DNA of 59,573 bases, the filler included, from Asterionella formosa (Eukaryota): assembly GCA_002256025.1 (NCBI GenBank). It is 5 parts of 5 records of this genome, joined end to end, with 100 filler letters (N's around TTAATTAATTAA, not from the genome) between each part and the next. Parts side by side here need not be neighbours in the genome. Positions count along the whole stretch, not along the records: positions 35,819 to 47,647 come from NKIB01008138.1; positions 47,748 to 59,573 come from NKIB01008148.1; 3 more parts are not named here. One strand, 5' to 3'. A program made the translations under genes and the position numbers. This document shows positions 45,749 through 59,182 of the stretch, piece after piece. The notes under the pieces were generated by a model. That model searched no databases, was not told where the DNA came from, and saw only the letters and a list, made by a program, of their open reading frames with translations. Each line of letters begins with the position of its first letter. Position 1 is the stretch's first letter.

Positions 45749-47315
45749 TCAATCTTTGGCATGACGAGAAGCTTCCTTCTTCGCTAGCTTTAGCATTTTC
45801 GCCTTTTTCTTTTTCAATAGGCTTTGCCATACTTCCGTTTCAGATTGGGTTGCATTCTTTTTCTTGACCTTCACAAATTCAAGGAAATCTTTTGGTATAC
45901 TCTCCTTTCCCTTGAATGCCATTGTATCATGCTTAAAGGTCCAACCATCATCCTCTGGTGGAATATAGGTTTCAGGGAGGCCTGCCCCATCAAGGACAAT
46001 GTTGGCTCGATCGACTCCAACTTGCTTGTAAAAACCCTTTAACCACGAGGCCGCTTCGTCACTACGTTCTGCATTGGAGGAATTGGCTCGAAATTCCCAA
46101 ATTTCCCTGGATCGTTCAGCACCCTTTCTTGAATCGTCACGAAATGAATATGCTTCCCATGAACCAAGATAATGATTAATCCTAAACGGGCTTTCTTTAA
46201 TGTCCTTGTACAGTGCCGACGGTCCACAAACATCACGAATAGGTCGATGGGGGGAATCCACCTTGAGTGGGAAAAAGGGAGCCAATCCTGACACGTCAAT
46301 AATGACCTTGGCAGGACCATTGTGTTTGGCCTTGGCACCAGGATTGTGATAACGCCATCGTACTGTGTCTAATTGAGAAGGCTTTACCACTGCTCCCTCA
46401 GGTAGCGCCATTGCCAATTCCTCTTTGGTTATTTCTTTGCCACCGTACAACATCCTAGGGATCATAAAACACATATTGTTCAAGAGTGGATCCCACGAGC
46501 CACTCCGTCGGGATTGTTGGATAAATTCAAGGATCGATCCAGGTTCTGCCATGGATTTTGGTGATGTGATTGTCCCACCTTCATATCGATGATTGTATGT
46601 AGAAAAGACGAGAAATTCATCCGTGTCGTACAGAGCCGTCCATGTCTTACCAAAATCATATAAATGTTTCATACATGTTTCATAAAATCGATTTTGTCGC
46701 GCCCGATGCCGTGTTCGAATTTTTGCTGTTGAGGCATTTTTAGAAAGGGGTCTGTAGTTCATAAAGTCAGAGTCTTTGGGTGTATGGTTGTATTTGTGTC
46801 GTGGTGGTGGATCATGTGATGGATAATATTTGGCATATCAAAGAACTGCTTGTTAGCTTAGTTGTAGAACAACAAAGAAAGATAAATGTATCATGGCAGG
46901 ATACCATTTTTTATTCATAGAAAGATTTCAAAATGAACGTACCTTGCCATTCCAAAATGGTGATATTGAGTTCATTTCTAAAAATATCTAATTTTTCCGT
47001 TGGCATTACTTTACTTCGCGGATCGACGGTAACTACCAAATACCGCAAGGGTAGAGTAAAGTAGGCATTGGCAATCCATTCTTGTAATCGAAAGTTTTCA
47101 TCCATGACTAACAAGCATGCCGAGAAGGACTCGTTGGTGTCAGGTTTCATTCTTCGCATACCTGTTGCTAGCCGGTGAGACATGATGTTGTCTCCACCAT
47201 CCATTTTTTGATAGTGATCCGCAATAATGTTGGAAGTGAACAAGAGCATCATTTCATTGTAGCATAGTGCCACAATCATATGACTTAGAATCAAATATGA
47301 CAACCTGACCTTCAT
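45749..47315 (-). CDS. Type II membrane glycosyltransferase (GT92/GT-A-like); complement(join(45749..46773,46943..47315))
   Basis: N-terminal signal anchor, FSACLLVMDENFRLQEWIA, WTALYDTDEFLV (DxD motif), KVIIDVS, SPHRP, RINHYLGSWEAYSFRDD. A phase-1 intron at 46774-46942 (GTACGT...AAG) restores LEWQ-D-SDFMNY. The acceptor is the less certain end. Confidence 0.8.
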
Positions 47316-47647
47316 ATTGAATTGTTCTTGTTCTCTTTCTGTTTCTCAATGTGTATTGTACAGATTTGTGAACAGATATATACCGGATATAAATCGGTCG
47401 ATCTACAGGTAGTGCAGTGCAGTCAATCGGTTGGCTGTAGGAGCAGTGCGACAGCAATAGCAATAGAAATGTCAACGCAAGCAAGTTCCAGTAATGATGA
47501 ACTTGACAGGTTTGAGTATCATCGTTGGACGGTACCGGTACAATAAAAGGACAAATTGCGATCACAGCTATATAGCATTACCATTCCAGTACTGCGCAGC
47601 AATCTGCTTTGCCATTATCTACAGGTCCATCATGAATAATAGATACC

Positions 47648-47747
47648 NNNNNNNNNNNNNNNNNNNNNNNNNNNNNNNNNNNNNNNNNNNNTTAATTAAT
47701 TAANNNNNNNNNNNNNNNNNNNNNNNNNNNNNNNNNNNNNNNNNNNN
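47648..47747. other. Artificial contig-join spacer
   Basis: N44-TTAATTAATTAA-N44. Confidence 0.95.
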
Positions 47748-47979
47748 GAGTAAATTATGGTCATCATCAGTGTGATTGATACTGTTGCTTCAGTGTTAGA
47801 AGTGTGTGCAACCACGAGCCACCAAATACTATCCATCACTCATTGTAGTTTTCCCATCCTGCCATGAATGATCTGACTACGAGCATTTGAGCCTTCTGCG
47901 TTGTTCATCAGCAAAATCAGACCCACAGCGAACAGCGATTTCCGTCGTTCTGACTACCGGTATACATGGGATCCTCGTC

Positions 47980-49177
47980 ATGCTGAAAGTCACTGCAGAA
48001 CAAACGAATGCGTCCATGCCCGCTACTAAGACTACTGCAACCATCTCTACTACTGATGCTTCTACCGAGCAACTGCCACCACGACTTACATTGCCTTTAG
48101 AGTTGGTCCGACGAATCTTAAATGTCCCGCCACCCTTTCAGGATGAGACGGACGCCAGAGCATGCGAGTTACTCGTGGAGGAGCTCAGCGATGACGAACT
48201 CAATGTGGCCGCCCAAACATCCTATGTTTTTTGGGTAGCATCTATCATGTATCCAGATTTGGTGACTGCAGAAATTCGACATCGAGCAGCCATGAAGGAA
48301 GCTAGACGACATTATATAGGAGAGGGAAAAGACTATGCCAAGGCACTCCTTTCCCTCCAAACGACGATTGATTTTAGAAGAGAACGAAAAGTGGATTTGT
48401 TAAAAACATGCATGCAACCAGACCATGATTATTATTTAAATGAAGACTCCCAAACAGCTACACGATATCGTGACTACATAAAAGACGAGGCCAAGTGCCA
48501 AACCAACGTTGTACGCGGTCATGACAAAATGTTCCGATGCTTATTAGTGAAACTTAAACGACATTCATTACAAGCAAACAATGAGGCATTTCTCATGGCG
48601 CATGTATATTTGGTAGAACGGGCGATTGCAACAACAGAAGTCCTGACAGAGGGAAAAGAGGAAAAATGTGTTGGGATCTGTGACTTTGGAGCATATCATT
48701 CAGCATTTGCACCTCCTCGACAAGTCATGAAATCTGCAATGGATATTTTCCAAAGACATTATCCGGAGCGGCTTAGCAACTTGTTCATCCTTGACCCACC
48801 ACTATGGATGAGAGTTCTGTATGCAGTACTTCGCGTTTTCCTCAGCACTGATACCTGTGAGAAGATTATCATGATATATGGTGAGGTATGTTGTGTGTCT
48901 GAATTCTTTAAGATACAACCCACAAGTGATTTATTGGTCGAATATGACAAGCATTGCCATATATTGCCGTGTTATCTAATCGTTTTGGCATTTACAGGAA
49001 GAAAAAGAAAGGTTGTTGGGCAGTCACATTGACCGTGACCAGGCTATGCCCTTTATGCTACCTGGTGGGAAACTAGACTCTCCCGCTGAAATGGATACAT
49101 TCTTGTATGACACTCCATTCCATTGCCTTTATGATGACAAAGGAATAGTGGAAGCAGACAAAATGTTGGACATGTAA
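47980..49177 (+). CDS. CRAL-TRIO (Sec14-like) lipid-binding protein; join(47980..48885,48998..49177)
   Basis: VRGHDK, YLVERAIA, ICDFGAY, FQRHYPERLSNLFILDPPLWMRVLYAVLRVFLSTDTCEKI. A phase-0 intron at 48886-48997 (GTATGT...CTAAT...TACAG) gives a final exon EEKERLL...QAMPFMLPGGKL...TPFH...-stop. Confidence 0.88.
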
Positions 49178-50384
49178 GTTTGCATTGGAAATATTGGGTG
49201 ACTGCTATTCAGTTGCTCTCCCTAAACGTACGTAAAATGAACTACTGGTATACTTCCAGTACATCAGTGCCGGGTTGCTATTACTTAGGTCTACAGGACA
49301 ATTCATACAATGTCATACATATGAGGATCATTACCTTGGGGCTGATGAAATAAAAACATTCTGATGAAAACATGTTCTGATTAACTAACCAGGTGACATG
49401 ATGTCAAACAGTATCTGTGCATTTTTTCTGATAATCAAACCTGGAAAAGAGGCAAAATTTAAACAGCAAAATAAGATTGAAATCTCGATTTCGCTGTTCA
49501 CCCATGATGTGTTATGTGTTGTATTCATAGCCAATCAAAATTTTGGTTTGAGGGTGGGCAATCATTGCTGTTTCATGGGTTGGGGCATTGGGCTGGTTTG
49601 GTGATTGTGATATATAACAATTTTTACCATCACTATATTTCACCATCAGTGAAAAGTTGTCAACATTAGCTGCTTCCAACAACCCGCCACTCTTCCTTCC
49701 CAGCATGGTGGTTGCAACATGGAGCAGCCCTTCTCCTTTGTCTCTTGGCAGCAAAAAATCATCAGCTAGTGAATCACAAAGCTCAAGTCTTACACATGAC
49801 CAAGCACCTCCCAGAGTCACAGTGAACACTGATGAAGAGAAAATCTGTTGCAAGGCACATCCTCTTTCCCTTGCACATTAAAGAAAGTCAGTTTTTATAT
49901 GGATCTTGTGCTTCTGCAACAGATACAGAAAGCGGTGCATTTCTGCCTCTCTGGAAACACTCCCATTAGACTCCCATGAACCTCTTCTTTTAAGGGATGT
50001 AATATTGGAATGGCCTTTACCAAACAAGAACACTGTGCAAATGTTGTCAGTTGCCGAAATCTGCAATAAGCATGAACCATGGTCAACTCTCTTGTGGCAA
50101 ATACCTTAAATAAGCAAGGCAACCACATGAAGAAAAGTGTATCAAGTTCTGGTTTGAAAGTTTCACTTCAAGAATGGTTGGTTACTGGATTCATTTAAGA
50201 AAAAAATGTTAGTTAATTTTATAGTACATTAAAGCTATACAATAATCGCACTTGGGCCCAAATGAATGGACACAATTAGTAGTACCGGTTTTATTAGTCC
50301 ATATGGTACAATGGGCCCTGCCTTTTTGTCAGCTGCATCCCCCACCTCTAGAACCATAGGGAATACATGAAAAAGAAAGGTGCA

Positions 50385-50953
50385 NNNNNNNNNNNNNNNN
50401 NNNNNNNNNNNNNNNNNNNNNNNNNNNNNNNNNNNNNNNNNNNNNNNNNNNNNNNNNNNNNNNNNNNNNNNNNNNNNNNNNNNNNNNNNNNNNNNNNNNN
50501 NNNNNNNNNNNNNNNNNNNNNNNNNNNNNNNNNNNNNNNNNNNNNNNNNNNNNNNNNNNNNNNNNNNNNNNNNNNNNNNNNNNNNNNNNNNNNNNNNNNN
50601 NNNNNNNNNNNNNNNNNNNNNNNNNNNNNNNNNNNNNNNNNNNNNNNNNNNNNNNNNNNNNNNNNNNNNNNNNNNNNNNNNNNNNNNNNNNNNNNNNNNN
50701 NNNNNNNNNNNNNNNNNNNNNNNNNNNNNNNNNNNNNNNNNNNNNNNNNNNNNNNNNNNNNNNNNNNNNNNNNNNNNNNNNNNNNNNNNNNNNNNNNNNN
50801 NNNNNNNNNNNNNNNNNNNNNNNNNNNNNNNNNNNNNNNNNNNNNNNNNNNNNNNNNNNNNNNNNNNNNNNNNNNNNNNNNNNNNNNNNNNNNNNNNNNN
50901 NNNNNNNNNNNNNNNNNNNNNNNNNNNNNNNNNNNNNNNNNNNNNNNNNNNNN
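50385..50953. other. Sized assembly gap
   Basis: Run of N with no spacer motif. Confidence 0.95.
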
Positions 50954-52118
50954 CATTCCAGAACATCCAGAACCAGTAATTGGGATATTGGCCATGTCAT
51001 TTGAAAATTGTGAAGGCGGCAAATGCAATACATGATAACATGTATCAAATCAATCTTAAGTGTGAGAGGCCTCCACAACACTCCCCATCTTACATACACT
51101 ATGTCAAAAACCCGTTCAATACGATTTCGTTCCCCCCAGAACAAAGTAATTGAATTAATCTTTGTATGGAGCTCTTGACATAAGAAACTGACCAGGCCTT
51201 CTTGGTGAAAAACATCTTGAATAATACCCATATGCTTCATCTCCGGCTACCAAAATTGTCCTCCTCTTTCATGAGCTGCTGACTGTTCGAACAACCAATC
51301 ATGTGACAGTTTGGTTAAAATGAAATGCAGTTGAATCATGTGTACTGCCAGGAGACTCCATAGAAATCCAAAGGAAGCGGCAATCACCACCAGCAATGGC
51401 CTGTAAGCTAATAGATTCAAATCCTTTTCTGTTTCTAATTTATGATATTGGAGAGGCACATTCACCTTTTCAGGGTTGCTGAATTCTAATCATGGCATAA
51501 CCATCAATAGCACCAACGCAACCATGGAAATTATGACGCTTTGTTCCGACTTAATCCATTTTATGAGAAGCACATTGCAGCTCAGCGAGGCTCTCTGGGA
51601 AATTAATTTCGCCGGAAATCGACGTAATTACATCTGCTATAATCTTCTCAAATTTCCTGTGTATGGAAGTAGCAGCCACCCACATTAAAACCCCAACATG
51701 CACCAATGTATGTTGAACCTCCCAAAATGCGAAGTGACAAGGAAAGTGCCCACCGGTTGCTTGCTCTTCTAGAAAGTTCAATATTTTGAATGCAATTTTG
51801 AAGCAAGCCCTGTACCAATGAAGTTTCTCAATAAATCATAGGCAAATGGGGGCATTGCACAGAAATTACATCATCAAGCATTTGGAATTTAAGCATAAAT
51901 TGGTCGCAAAATGAGGAATGAAGTTGACCTCTTCTTTGGCGATAATATCTGATCTTTTCCTTAATTTCTTCTGTTTCCTCGTCATATCCATCTCTTGTTT
52001 TCTCAGCTGTTATTGTGCATTGCAAGGGCGGCATATCCCGAAAACACAAGGAGTCTTGGCTGAAGTTGTATATTGATGATGATGCTTGACACGATGAATG
52101 TATTTTTACATTTGTCAT
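50954..52118 (-). pseudogene. Decayed PIF/Harbinger (DDE_Tnp_4, HARBI1-like) transposase
   Basis: RNRIERVFDIVYVRWGVLWRPL...IMYCICRLHNF is the Harbinger C-terminal signature. Upstream fragments (…EINFPESLAEL…) are broken by stops and frameshifts. Confidence 0.72.
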
Positions 52119-52257
52119 GTATATTATGCACTTTAATGCTGCTCCCCTATATCACAGAATAACCTTTGACTGTTGGGAGCAGCAAATGTTCAATTAAATG
52201 CTTGAAATTAACACCAAACCCATAATTCAAGGCTTATCAACAAATTCACAATTAAAG

Positions 52258-53039
52258 NNNNNNNNNNNNNNNNNNNNNNNNNNNNNNNNNNNNNNNNNNN
52301 NNNNNNNNNNNNNNNNNNNNNNNNNNNNNNNNNNNNNNNNNNNNNNNNNNNNNNNNNNNNNNNNNNNNNNNNNNNNNNNNNNNNNNNNNNNNNNNNNNNN
52401 NNNNNNNNNNNNNNNNNNNNNNNNNNNNNNNNNNNNNNNNNNNNNNNNNNNNNNNNNNNNNNNNNNNNNNNNNNNNNNNNNNNNNNNNNNNNNNNNNNNN
52501 NNNNNNNNNNNNNNNNNNNNNNNNNNNNNNNNNNNNNNNNNNNNNNNNNNNNNNNNNNNNNNNNNNNNNNNNNNNNNNNNNNNNNNNNNNNNNNNNNNNN
52601 NNNNNNNNNNNNNNNNNNNNNNNNNNNNNNNNNNNNNNNNNNNNNNNNNNNNNNNNNNNNNNNNNNNNNNNNNNNNNNNNNNNNNNNNNNNNNNNNNNNN
52701 NNNNNNNNNNNNNNNNNNNNNNNNNNNNNNNNNNNNNNNNNNNNNNNNNNNNNNNNNNNNNNNNNNNNNNNNNNNNNNNNNNNNNNNNNNNNNNNNNNNN
52801 NNNNNNNNNNNNNNNNNNNNNNNNNNNNNNNNNNNNNNNNNNNNNNNNNNNNNNNNNNNNNNNNNNNNNNNNNNNNNNNNNNNNNNNNNNNNNNNNNNNN
52901 NNNNNNNNNNNNNNNNNNNNNNNNNNNNNNNNNNNNNNNNNNNNNNNNNNNNNNNNNNNNNNNNNNNNNNNNNNNNNNNNNNNNNNNNNNNNNNNNNNNN
53001 NNNNNNNNNNNNNNNNNNNNNNNNNNNNNNNNNNNNNNN
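52258..53039. other. Sized assembly gap
   Basis: Run of N with no spacer motif. Confidence 0.95.
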
Positions 53040-56000
53040 CTGTACTTTGGTGGGCAACTGAATGATGACTTTACTACTATCACCAAGAAACCAATGTGGT
53101 CTCCTTACCAGATCTGTTCAGATGATTCCAGGGACATCAAGACCGCATTTGAGTTTTTTACTCAAAAACATGAAAAGGTATACAATGGCCCCAATGGTCC
53201 CAATGGTTACCCTATCAACAACCTCACTCTTGCTCAGCTCTGCACTCTTATTTACAATTATGCAGACACTGGTGGTGTGAACGCTTTCCTCTATGCCCCT
53301 GACAGTTCTGGGAAAGTTTGGTGTATGACCAGACACCATACTCGACTTACTTTTGAAGAGACAAAGAAGTATGTTGATCATTGTATTTTTCTTGAGACAT
53401 TCATACCAGACATTGACACTAAAACTGGAAATCCCACAGCTGACCAAGTCACGTCAGATTTTTGATGATCAGGCATTGGATGATTTTTCCCACCTCTGGC
53501 GTTTGATTGTATCCTACATCTCCCCAAACCTCCTAACAGGTCTCCTTGAACGTCTTGAAGAGTATGGGAATCGTGGTCCAGGCCTCCTCCTCGTCTGGAT
53601 GGCCTTAATGGATGAAGTCACCTCTGGTTCACCTCAGGCAATGGATAGCATCTTGGAAAATTTGAAGAAGATCCAACTTTAATGTCCGCCTCTTAGTCCA
53701 TGATGTTCAAGCTTCATTTAACCTACTAAAGAGTGGACAGTGTCTTCCTAGCTATCACTGCCTCCAGCATAGTTGCTACCAAGCTCCTACTCTGTCAAGC
53801 TGAGGAATTCCGTGCTGTATTCTATACAATCTCTGTCAAGATTAATACTGAAGAACGGGGTCTCATCATGGGTAGTACAGATAATGCTGCCCTTGTCAAA
53901 TTCCAGGCTACACCAAGTGGTGTTAAGAAACTTCTTGATATGGCACTCACACAGTACAAACGTCTCATGGACAATGGACAATGGCCGCCTTCCCAAACTG
54001 TTCTCCCAAGAAGGAGTGTCAGATTCTCTACCAGATGCATTCCAGGCTAGTACAGTTTTTCCTACAGCGTTTCAAGCCCTTGCTGATGAACTTAAAGCCC
54101 TCTGCAAAGATTTTGGGACCAAGCCTGTGGGGCTGGCCAAGACCTCTCCAAATATACTTGCTACAAGTATGGTAAACTTGGTCATCTTTATCCCAACTGT
54201 CCTGACAAGACAACCACTTACCCTGAGAACTTTTGGCAAAATGTTCCTCCTACTGATGGAAAGTTTTCTGTGACCAAAGATGGTCGCCAGTGGCATTGGT
54301 GCAACAAATGCCATGGAGGAGAAGGGCTTTGGTCTACTACTCATGGCACTGAGACTCACAAAGGGAGTCCCAAAACGGTTACCTTTACTGCTGCTGCCAA
54401 CCTAGCTGGAGTTGACGAGGAGTCTCCAGCAGAAGATGGTATTTTGATGTACAATCCTGCTGGTTTTGTTGCTTCTTGCAATGACCATGAATTTGATTGG
54501 TCTTCAATCGCTACTTTCTCTGTGACAGCCTTTACTTCTCCAATTATTTCTGCAACTCCTTATACTGTGGTCCCAACCTGAAAAACCTGCCTACAAAAAT
54601 GTGTTTCTGCTGGCCAACCTACTAAAATTCTTGATATATTGTATCGACCTAGAGAAAACATCGTCAAGCTCCGGGCCTTTCCAGTTAATATGATGATCCT
54701 CAATGGATTCATGTACAGAATGTGGTTCACTGAATTGTAACTTGGTGCTTGTTCCTTCTGGGCTTTTCTGGATCCCTATGGTACAAAAGCAGTTTTTGTC
54801 TGCTCTACATACAAAACTGCTAATGTCCTACCTTCCCTGAGTCCTAAGTAAACCTCCTGACTTAACTCATCCTGATCTTTCCCTTGAGAAAGATGAATTT
54901 TTTCTGTTAGGCTTTGGCATCCATTCCAATAGTGTTGTTAATCCAATGTCTCCATGTGACTTGGACTTTCACTTTCACCACTCCTCTCTTGCCTCATCTG
55001 GTTTGGTTTTTCCTCAGCCTCCTACTGCCCACTGTTTGTGCCCCCACTCGGAATCAATGACACGTCACATTATGACTGCCCAAGTGGTGCCGTCTTTCTC
55101 ATCAATGAAGGACCTCCCTTGGTATTCCTGGATTCCAATGACATCACTGCACGAATTTCTGTCATTTGGGACACTGGTGCACTCTTCCTGTCAGTGGGTA
55201 CTCTGGTGACTTTATTGGTCTATGACTATTCCCTCTACTCCTTTGTTACTTGGCGACATCGCCTCTGATATGGTTGTTGAAGGAATTGGAACTGTCAAAT
55301 GGTCTTTCTATTCTGATAACCGCACCCTCCGCCTTACTCTTCGTGTAAAGGCCTTTTTTGTGGTCCCTGACTGCAAACAACGCTTGCTTATTACCCAGAA
55401 AATCTTTTGTCCTACTGAAAATGTCCATGGTACTTTTGTGATCTCTTCAGCACATGCCCAACTCCTTCTTGATGACTCCCCCATTCTCACTGTTACCTAT
55501 GACCCTATGAATGGGCTACCAACCAGCCGAGCTATCCTCCTACATAATGGCGTGTCTTCCCCTCAAGTTCTTAACTTGTGTGTCACAGAGGAGGTTAACC
55601 AAATCTAACAGAGACTCAAAAGGAATATCTTCGCTCGTTGGCATTTTCGTCTGCTTGGACATCTTAATTCTAATATTATTCAATGGATTCTTTGTCAACC
55701 TTCTTTTGGAAACAGTCATAAGGTCCGCGATGCTGCCCATTGCACTCCACCCAAATGCGCAGCTTGTGATTATGGCAAAGCCCATCGTCTTCCTCTTGAA
55801 TCTACTACACTCTCTACGCCTTCACCTGAGAGGGAGGGAGCTACAAAATTTGATGATTTATTCCCAGGTTCAGGTGTCTCAGTGGATCATTTTGAATCGA
55901 AGGTGCCAGGTCGTCTATACAGCTCACGAGGTAAATCACAACTTGTCTCAACTTATAAACAAGGTGGTTGTAGTTTTGTTGACCATGCATCTGGACTACA

Positions 56001-59000
56001 TTATGTCCGTCACCAAATCAGCTTTACTTCAGAAGGGACCATTCATTCGAAAATGCATTTCGAAAATTGGGCATACAATCAAGGTGTCTTAGTTCAAAAA
56101 TATACTATTGATAGTGGCATTTTTGGCGCTCGCGAAGAATTTACCAGTGAAATTACTGCCGAAGGTCAAAGTGTGAAATATTGTGGGGTTGGAGCTCACC
56201 ATCAAAATGGTACTGCGGAACGTAGCATTCATACAGTCTCAAACATGGCTAGTAGAATAATGATGCTCCATGCCTCCCTAGCTACGAAAGCGAGAAACTG
56301 CTGATGCTTCCCTCTGGCCCATGGCTTTTGACTATGCTGTCCATGTATACAACCATATGCCAAACCCAAAATCTGGTCAATCCCCGCCCCTTGATATTTT
56401 CACTGGTACCATTGTGCCTCGTCATGGAATTAAAGATTTTCATGTCTGGGGTTGCCCTTGTTAGCTATGTACTGGACCCCACTTTACAGAATGATAGTCA
56501 TAAACTCCCTCGTTGGCGACCTAAATCTCGTCTTGCGATTTTTAAGGGAATCTCCTCTTCTTCTCATAGTAGTAGCAATGTCCCCCTACTATTGAACCTA
56601 AAAACAGGTACCATTTCGCCTCAGTTTCACGTTGTTTTTGATGACTCCTTTACCACTGTTATATCCATCTCTGATTCTGATGATCCTCCAGCTCACTGGG
56701 AAAATTTAATTCATGAATCCCGGTTTCATACTGAATTTGATGAACACGAACATGTTTCCTTACATGGTGATTGGTTAACTTCCAGTGAACAAAATGACTT
56801 TCAACATCACAAACAGAGGCAAGCAAAAATCGTACCTCTTATGAATATACCTAGTAAGGATGAATTGCCAGCAAATAAGAGGGAGTTTCCTCTGGTTCCT
56901 CTGCCTAATGCGGCTCCTTCACTCCATAAAGAGCCTGCTGTCAGTACATCTACCTCTGGCTCTGCTGTGGTTGTTCAGAGCGCTCCCCCTAGCTACTACC
57001 TAGTATATCCACCAAGTTGCTGTTCAGGATGTTCCTATGGCTGCTCATTCTACTGAACCAGCAATTCCTGGCCATGAAACGCCAACTATTTCTGCCTCAA
57101 ATTTACAGGTACCTCCAACTCCACCTGTTCACACAACTTCTATTAGCATGAAACCAAGTGAAACTTCTACACCTCTCCATAGTACCAGGACAAACTTCGG
57201 CGTGCGTGTGTGGTACTCGTTATGTTCCTGAAGGCCACCTTGCCCATGCTTTCTTCTCCCAGTTGCTTGAAGACAGTGACACCCATGGCTTTGACTCCGA
57301 TTTCGCCTACCTGGCTGCTGTTATGAAAGATCCAACAACAGGTCTCTTGGAGTGTTCTAACCCACTTGTCTATGCTGCAATCATGACACGTCGCAATGAC
57401 CCAGATAATCCTTGATACCGTGAAGCCATGGCTAGCATTGATCAAGAATCTTTTAAAGCTGCGATGGTCCCCGAGATTGTTGCTCTCTCATCAAAGAAAA
57501 CCTGGACTTTAGTGACACGTCAATCAGTTCAGGGTAAAGTAAGTTGTATCCAGATGGCAGCTTACGTAAATGCAAGGCTCGGTTTTGTGTACGCTGAGAT
57601 CTGCAAGTTGAAGGAGTGTACTTCTTTGAGACATATGCTCCGGTTGTCCAATGGTCCACAGTTCATGCTTTACTGGTGATGTCCATTGTGTTAAACCTTG
57701 AGACTCGCTCAGCAAATCGATTTTAGTAATGCCTTCTGTCAAGCGGACATTGATGAAGAGTTATATCTTGAAATGCCCAAAGATTTTGGGTTATCTCAGG
57801 GGGAGAGACACGGTACTTCGGTTAAATAAATCATTGTATGGAACAAAACAGGCACCTAGGACTTGGTTCCTCAAATTGAAGGAATGTCTCAAGAAGCAAT
57901 GGGGTTTCACACAGCAGTCATTGTTAGACCCATGCCTTTATATTCACGCTGACATGCATGGTCTACCTGGTATATGTGGATGTTCGATTCTTATTTGTCA
58001 TGATAGGTCCAAGATTGATGCTATGATTGAAAATTTGGCTATTGACCTAGAATGGAATCAAGAGGGAGATCTAGCTGCTTTTCTGCGCATCCAAATTAGT
58101 AAATAAAATGGAAACGGTTCACTCAAACTTACACAAGAGGGTCTGATTAAGCGTGTTCTGCAAGCTACTGCCCTCGAAGACTGTCGGGCTAGCTCTACTC
58201 CAGCCAATAAAGAGACTCTAGGAACAACAAGGATGGTCTGCCTACAACTGAAGCATGGAACTACCGGTCTGTGGTGGGGATGCTACTTCACTTGGCCTCT
58301 ACTAATCCTTGTCCTGACATTGCTTTTGCTGTTCATCAGGAGTGTGCTCGCTTTTCTCATTGTCCTTGTGCTACTCATGAAATAGGAGTGAAGAATCATG
58401 AAATAGCAGTGAAGAAAATTTGTCGGTATCTTAAAGGCAGTTTTGATCAAGGAGTTATCTTTACTCCTACTCCTGATCCATTTGACATTGAATGCTATTG
58501 TGCGTGACAATGACTTTGTTGGTGGGCTCTTTGGTTCAGAAGACTCTACTGATCCACCAGTCTGTTCTTGCTCTCGAACTGGCTATGTCATAACCCTTGC
58601 TGGATGTCCCCTCCTCTGGGTGTCCAAGTTACAAACTACCACGATGCACTATCTGCATTGGAAGCAGAATATCAGGCTCCTTCTGCCAGTTGTTGGGACC
58701 TAATTCCTCTCCGTCATATCATTCAAGAAGCATCTACAGCCCAACACATTGGTAAAGGTTCAGCTTTTCTATCTTTTTCGAAGGTCTATGAAGATAATTG
58801 TGCATGCCTATCCCAAGCTACTATGCCAAAGATGACTCCTCATACTAAGCACATTGATGTAGCATATCATTGGTTTGATGACTCCTCGTACTAAGCACAT
58901 TGCTGTAGCATATCATTGGTTTCGTGAATATGTCCTTTCCGGAGCTCTTCAAATTGTCAAGGTGGATACTGCAGCCAACCTGGCTGGTATCTTTACAAAG

Positions 59001-59068
59001 GGTCTTGTGGCTGACAAATTCACAGCTATGCGCAAGCAGTTATGTGGTTGGTGACTGTTTGCTCTGCT

Positions 59069-59079
59069 GAGGGGGGGAG
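59069..59079 (+). promoter_or_regulatory. Polypurine tract of the copia element
   Basis: GAGGGGGGGAG lies 15 nt after the pol stop codon and immediately before a TG dinucleotide. Confidence 0.8.
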
Positions 59080-59080
59080 T

Positions 59081-59182
59081 TGAAACAGACAAGTCATATG
59101 AATCTTGTTGCTTTTTGTCTCCAAATTAGCCCAGTCATGACCTTTTTTAGTCTAGTCATGAACATGAAACAATCTTTACTCA
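59081..59182 (+). repeat. Probable 3' LTR (about 102 bp, TG...CA); right boundary uncertain
   Basis: Starts TGAAACAG after the polypurine tract. A CA at 59181-59182 precedes a switch to AT-rich DNA. The partner LTR is presumably in the gap, so it cannot be confirmed. Confidence 0.45.

Larger units (their letters stand above)
53040..59182 (+). mobile_element. Heavily decayed Ty1/copia LTR retrotransposon (second CoDi-like lineage)
   Basis: gag with WHWCNKC...WSTTHGTETH, protease VIWDTGA, integrase (RWHFRLLGH, CAACDYGKAHR, VSVDHFES, HHQNGTAERSI), ISPQFHVVFDDSF, RT (KARFCVR, LNKSLYGTKQAPRTW), RNase H (TKHIAVAYHWFREYV, GIFTKGL, RKQLCGW-stop at 59054). Many stops and frameshifts. Followed by a polypurine tract and a probable 3' LTR. 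Confidence 0.92.

Noticed and set aside
11848..47747. Palindromic TTAATTAATTAA repeated four times
   Set aside because: It is always centred in exactly 100-nt N spacers, so it is a synthetic all-frame-stop linker rather than biology. Gene neighbourhoods across these joins (for example LOV next to copia) were not interpreted.
49398..50384. Short ORFs that might be the Myb/SANT partner gene of the Harbinger element
   Set aside because: No recognisable tryptophan-repeat pattern, fragmented frames, and cut by a gap.
50235..53086. Long ORFs made of X residues
   Set aside because: Artefacts of translating through N gaps.
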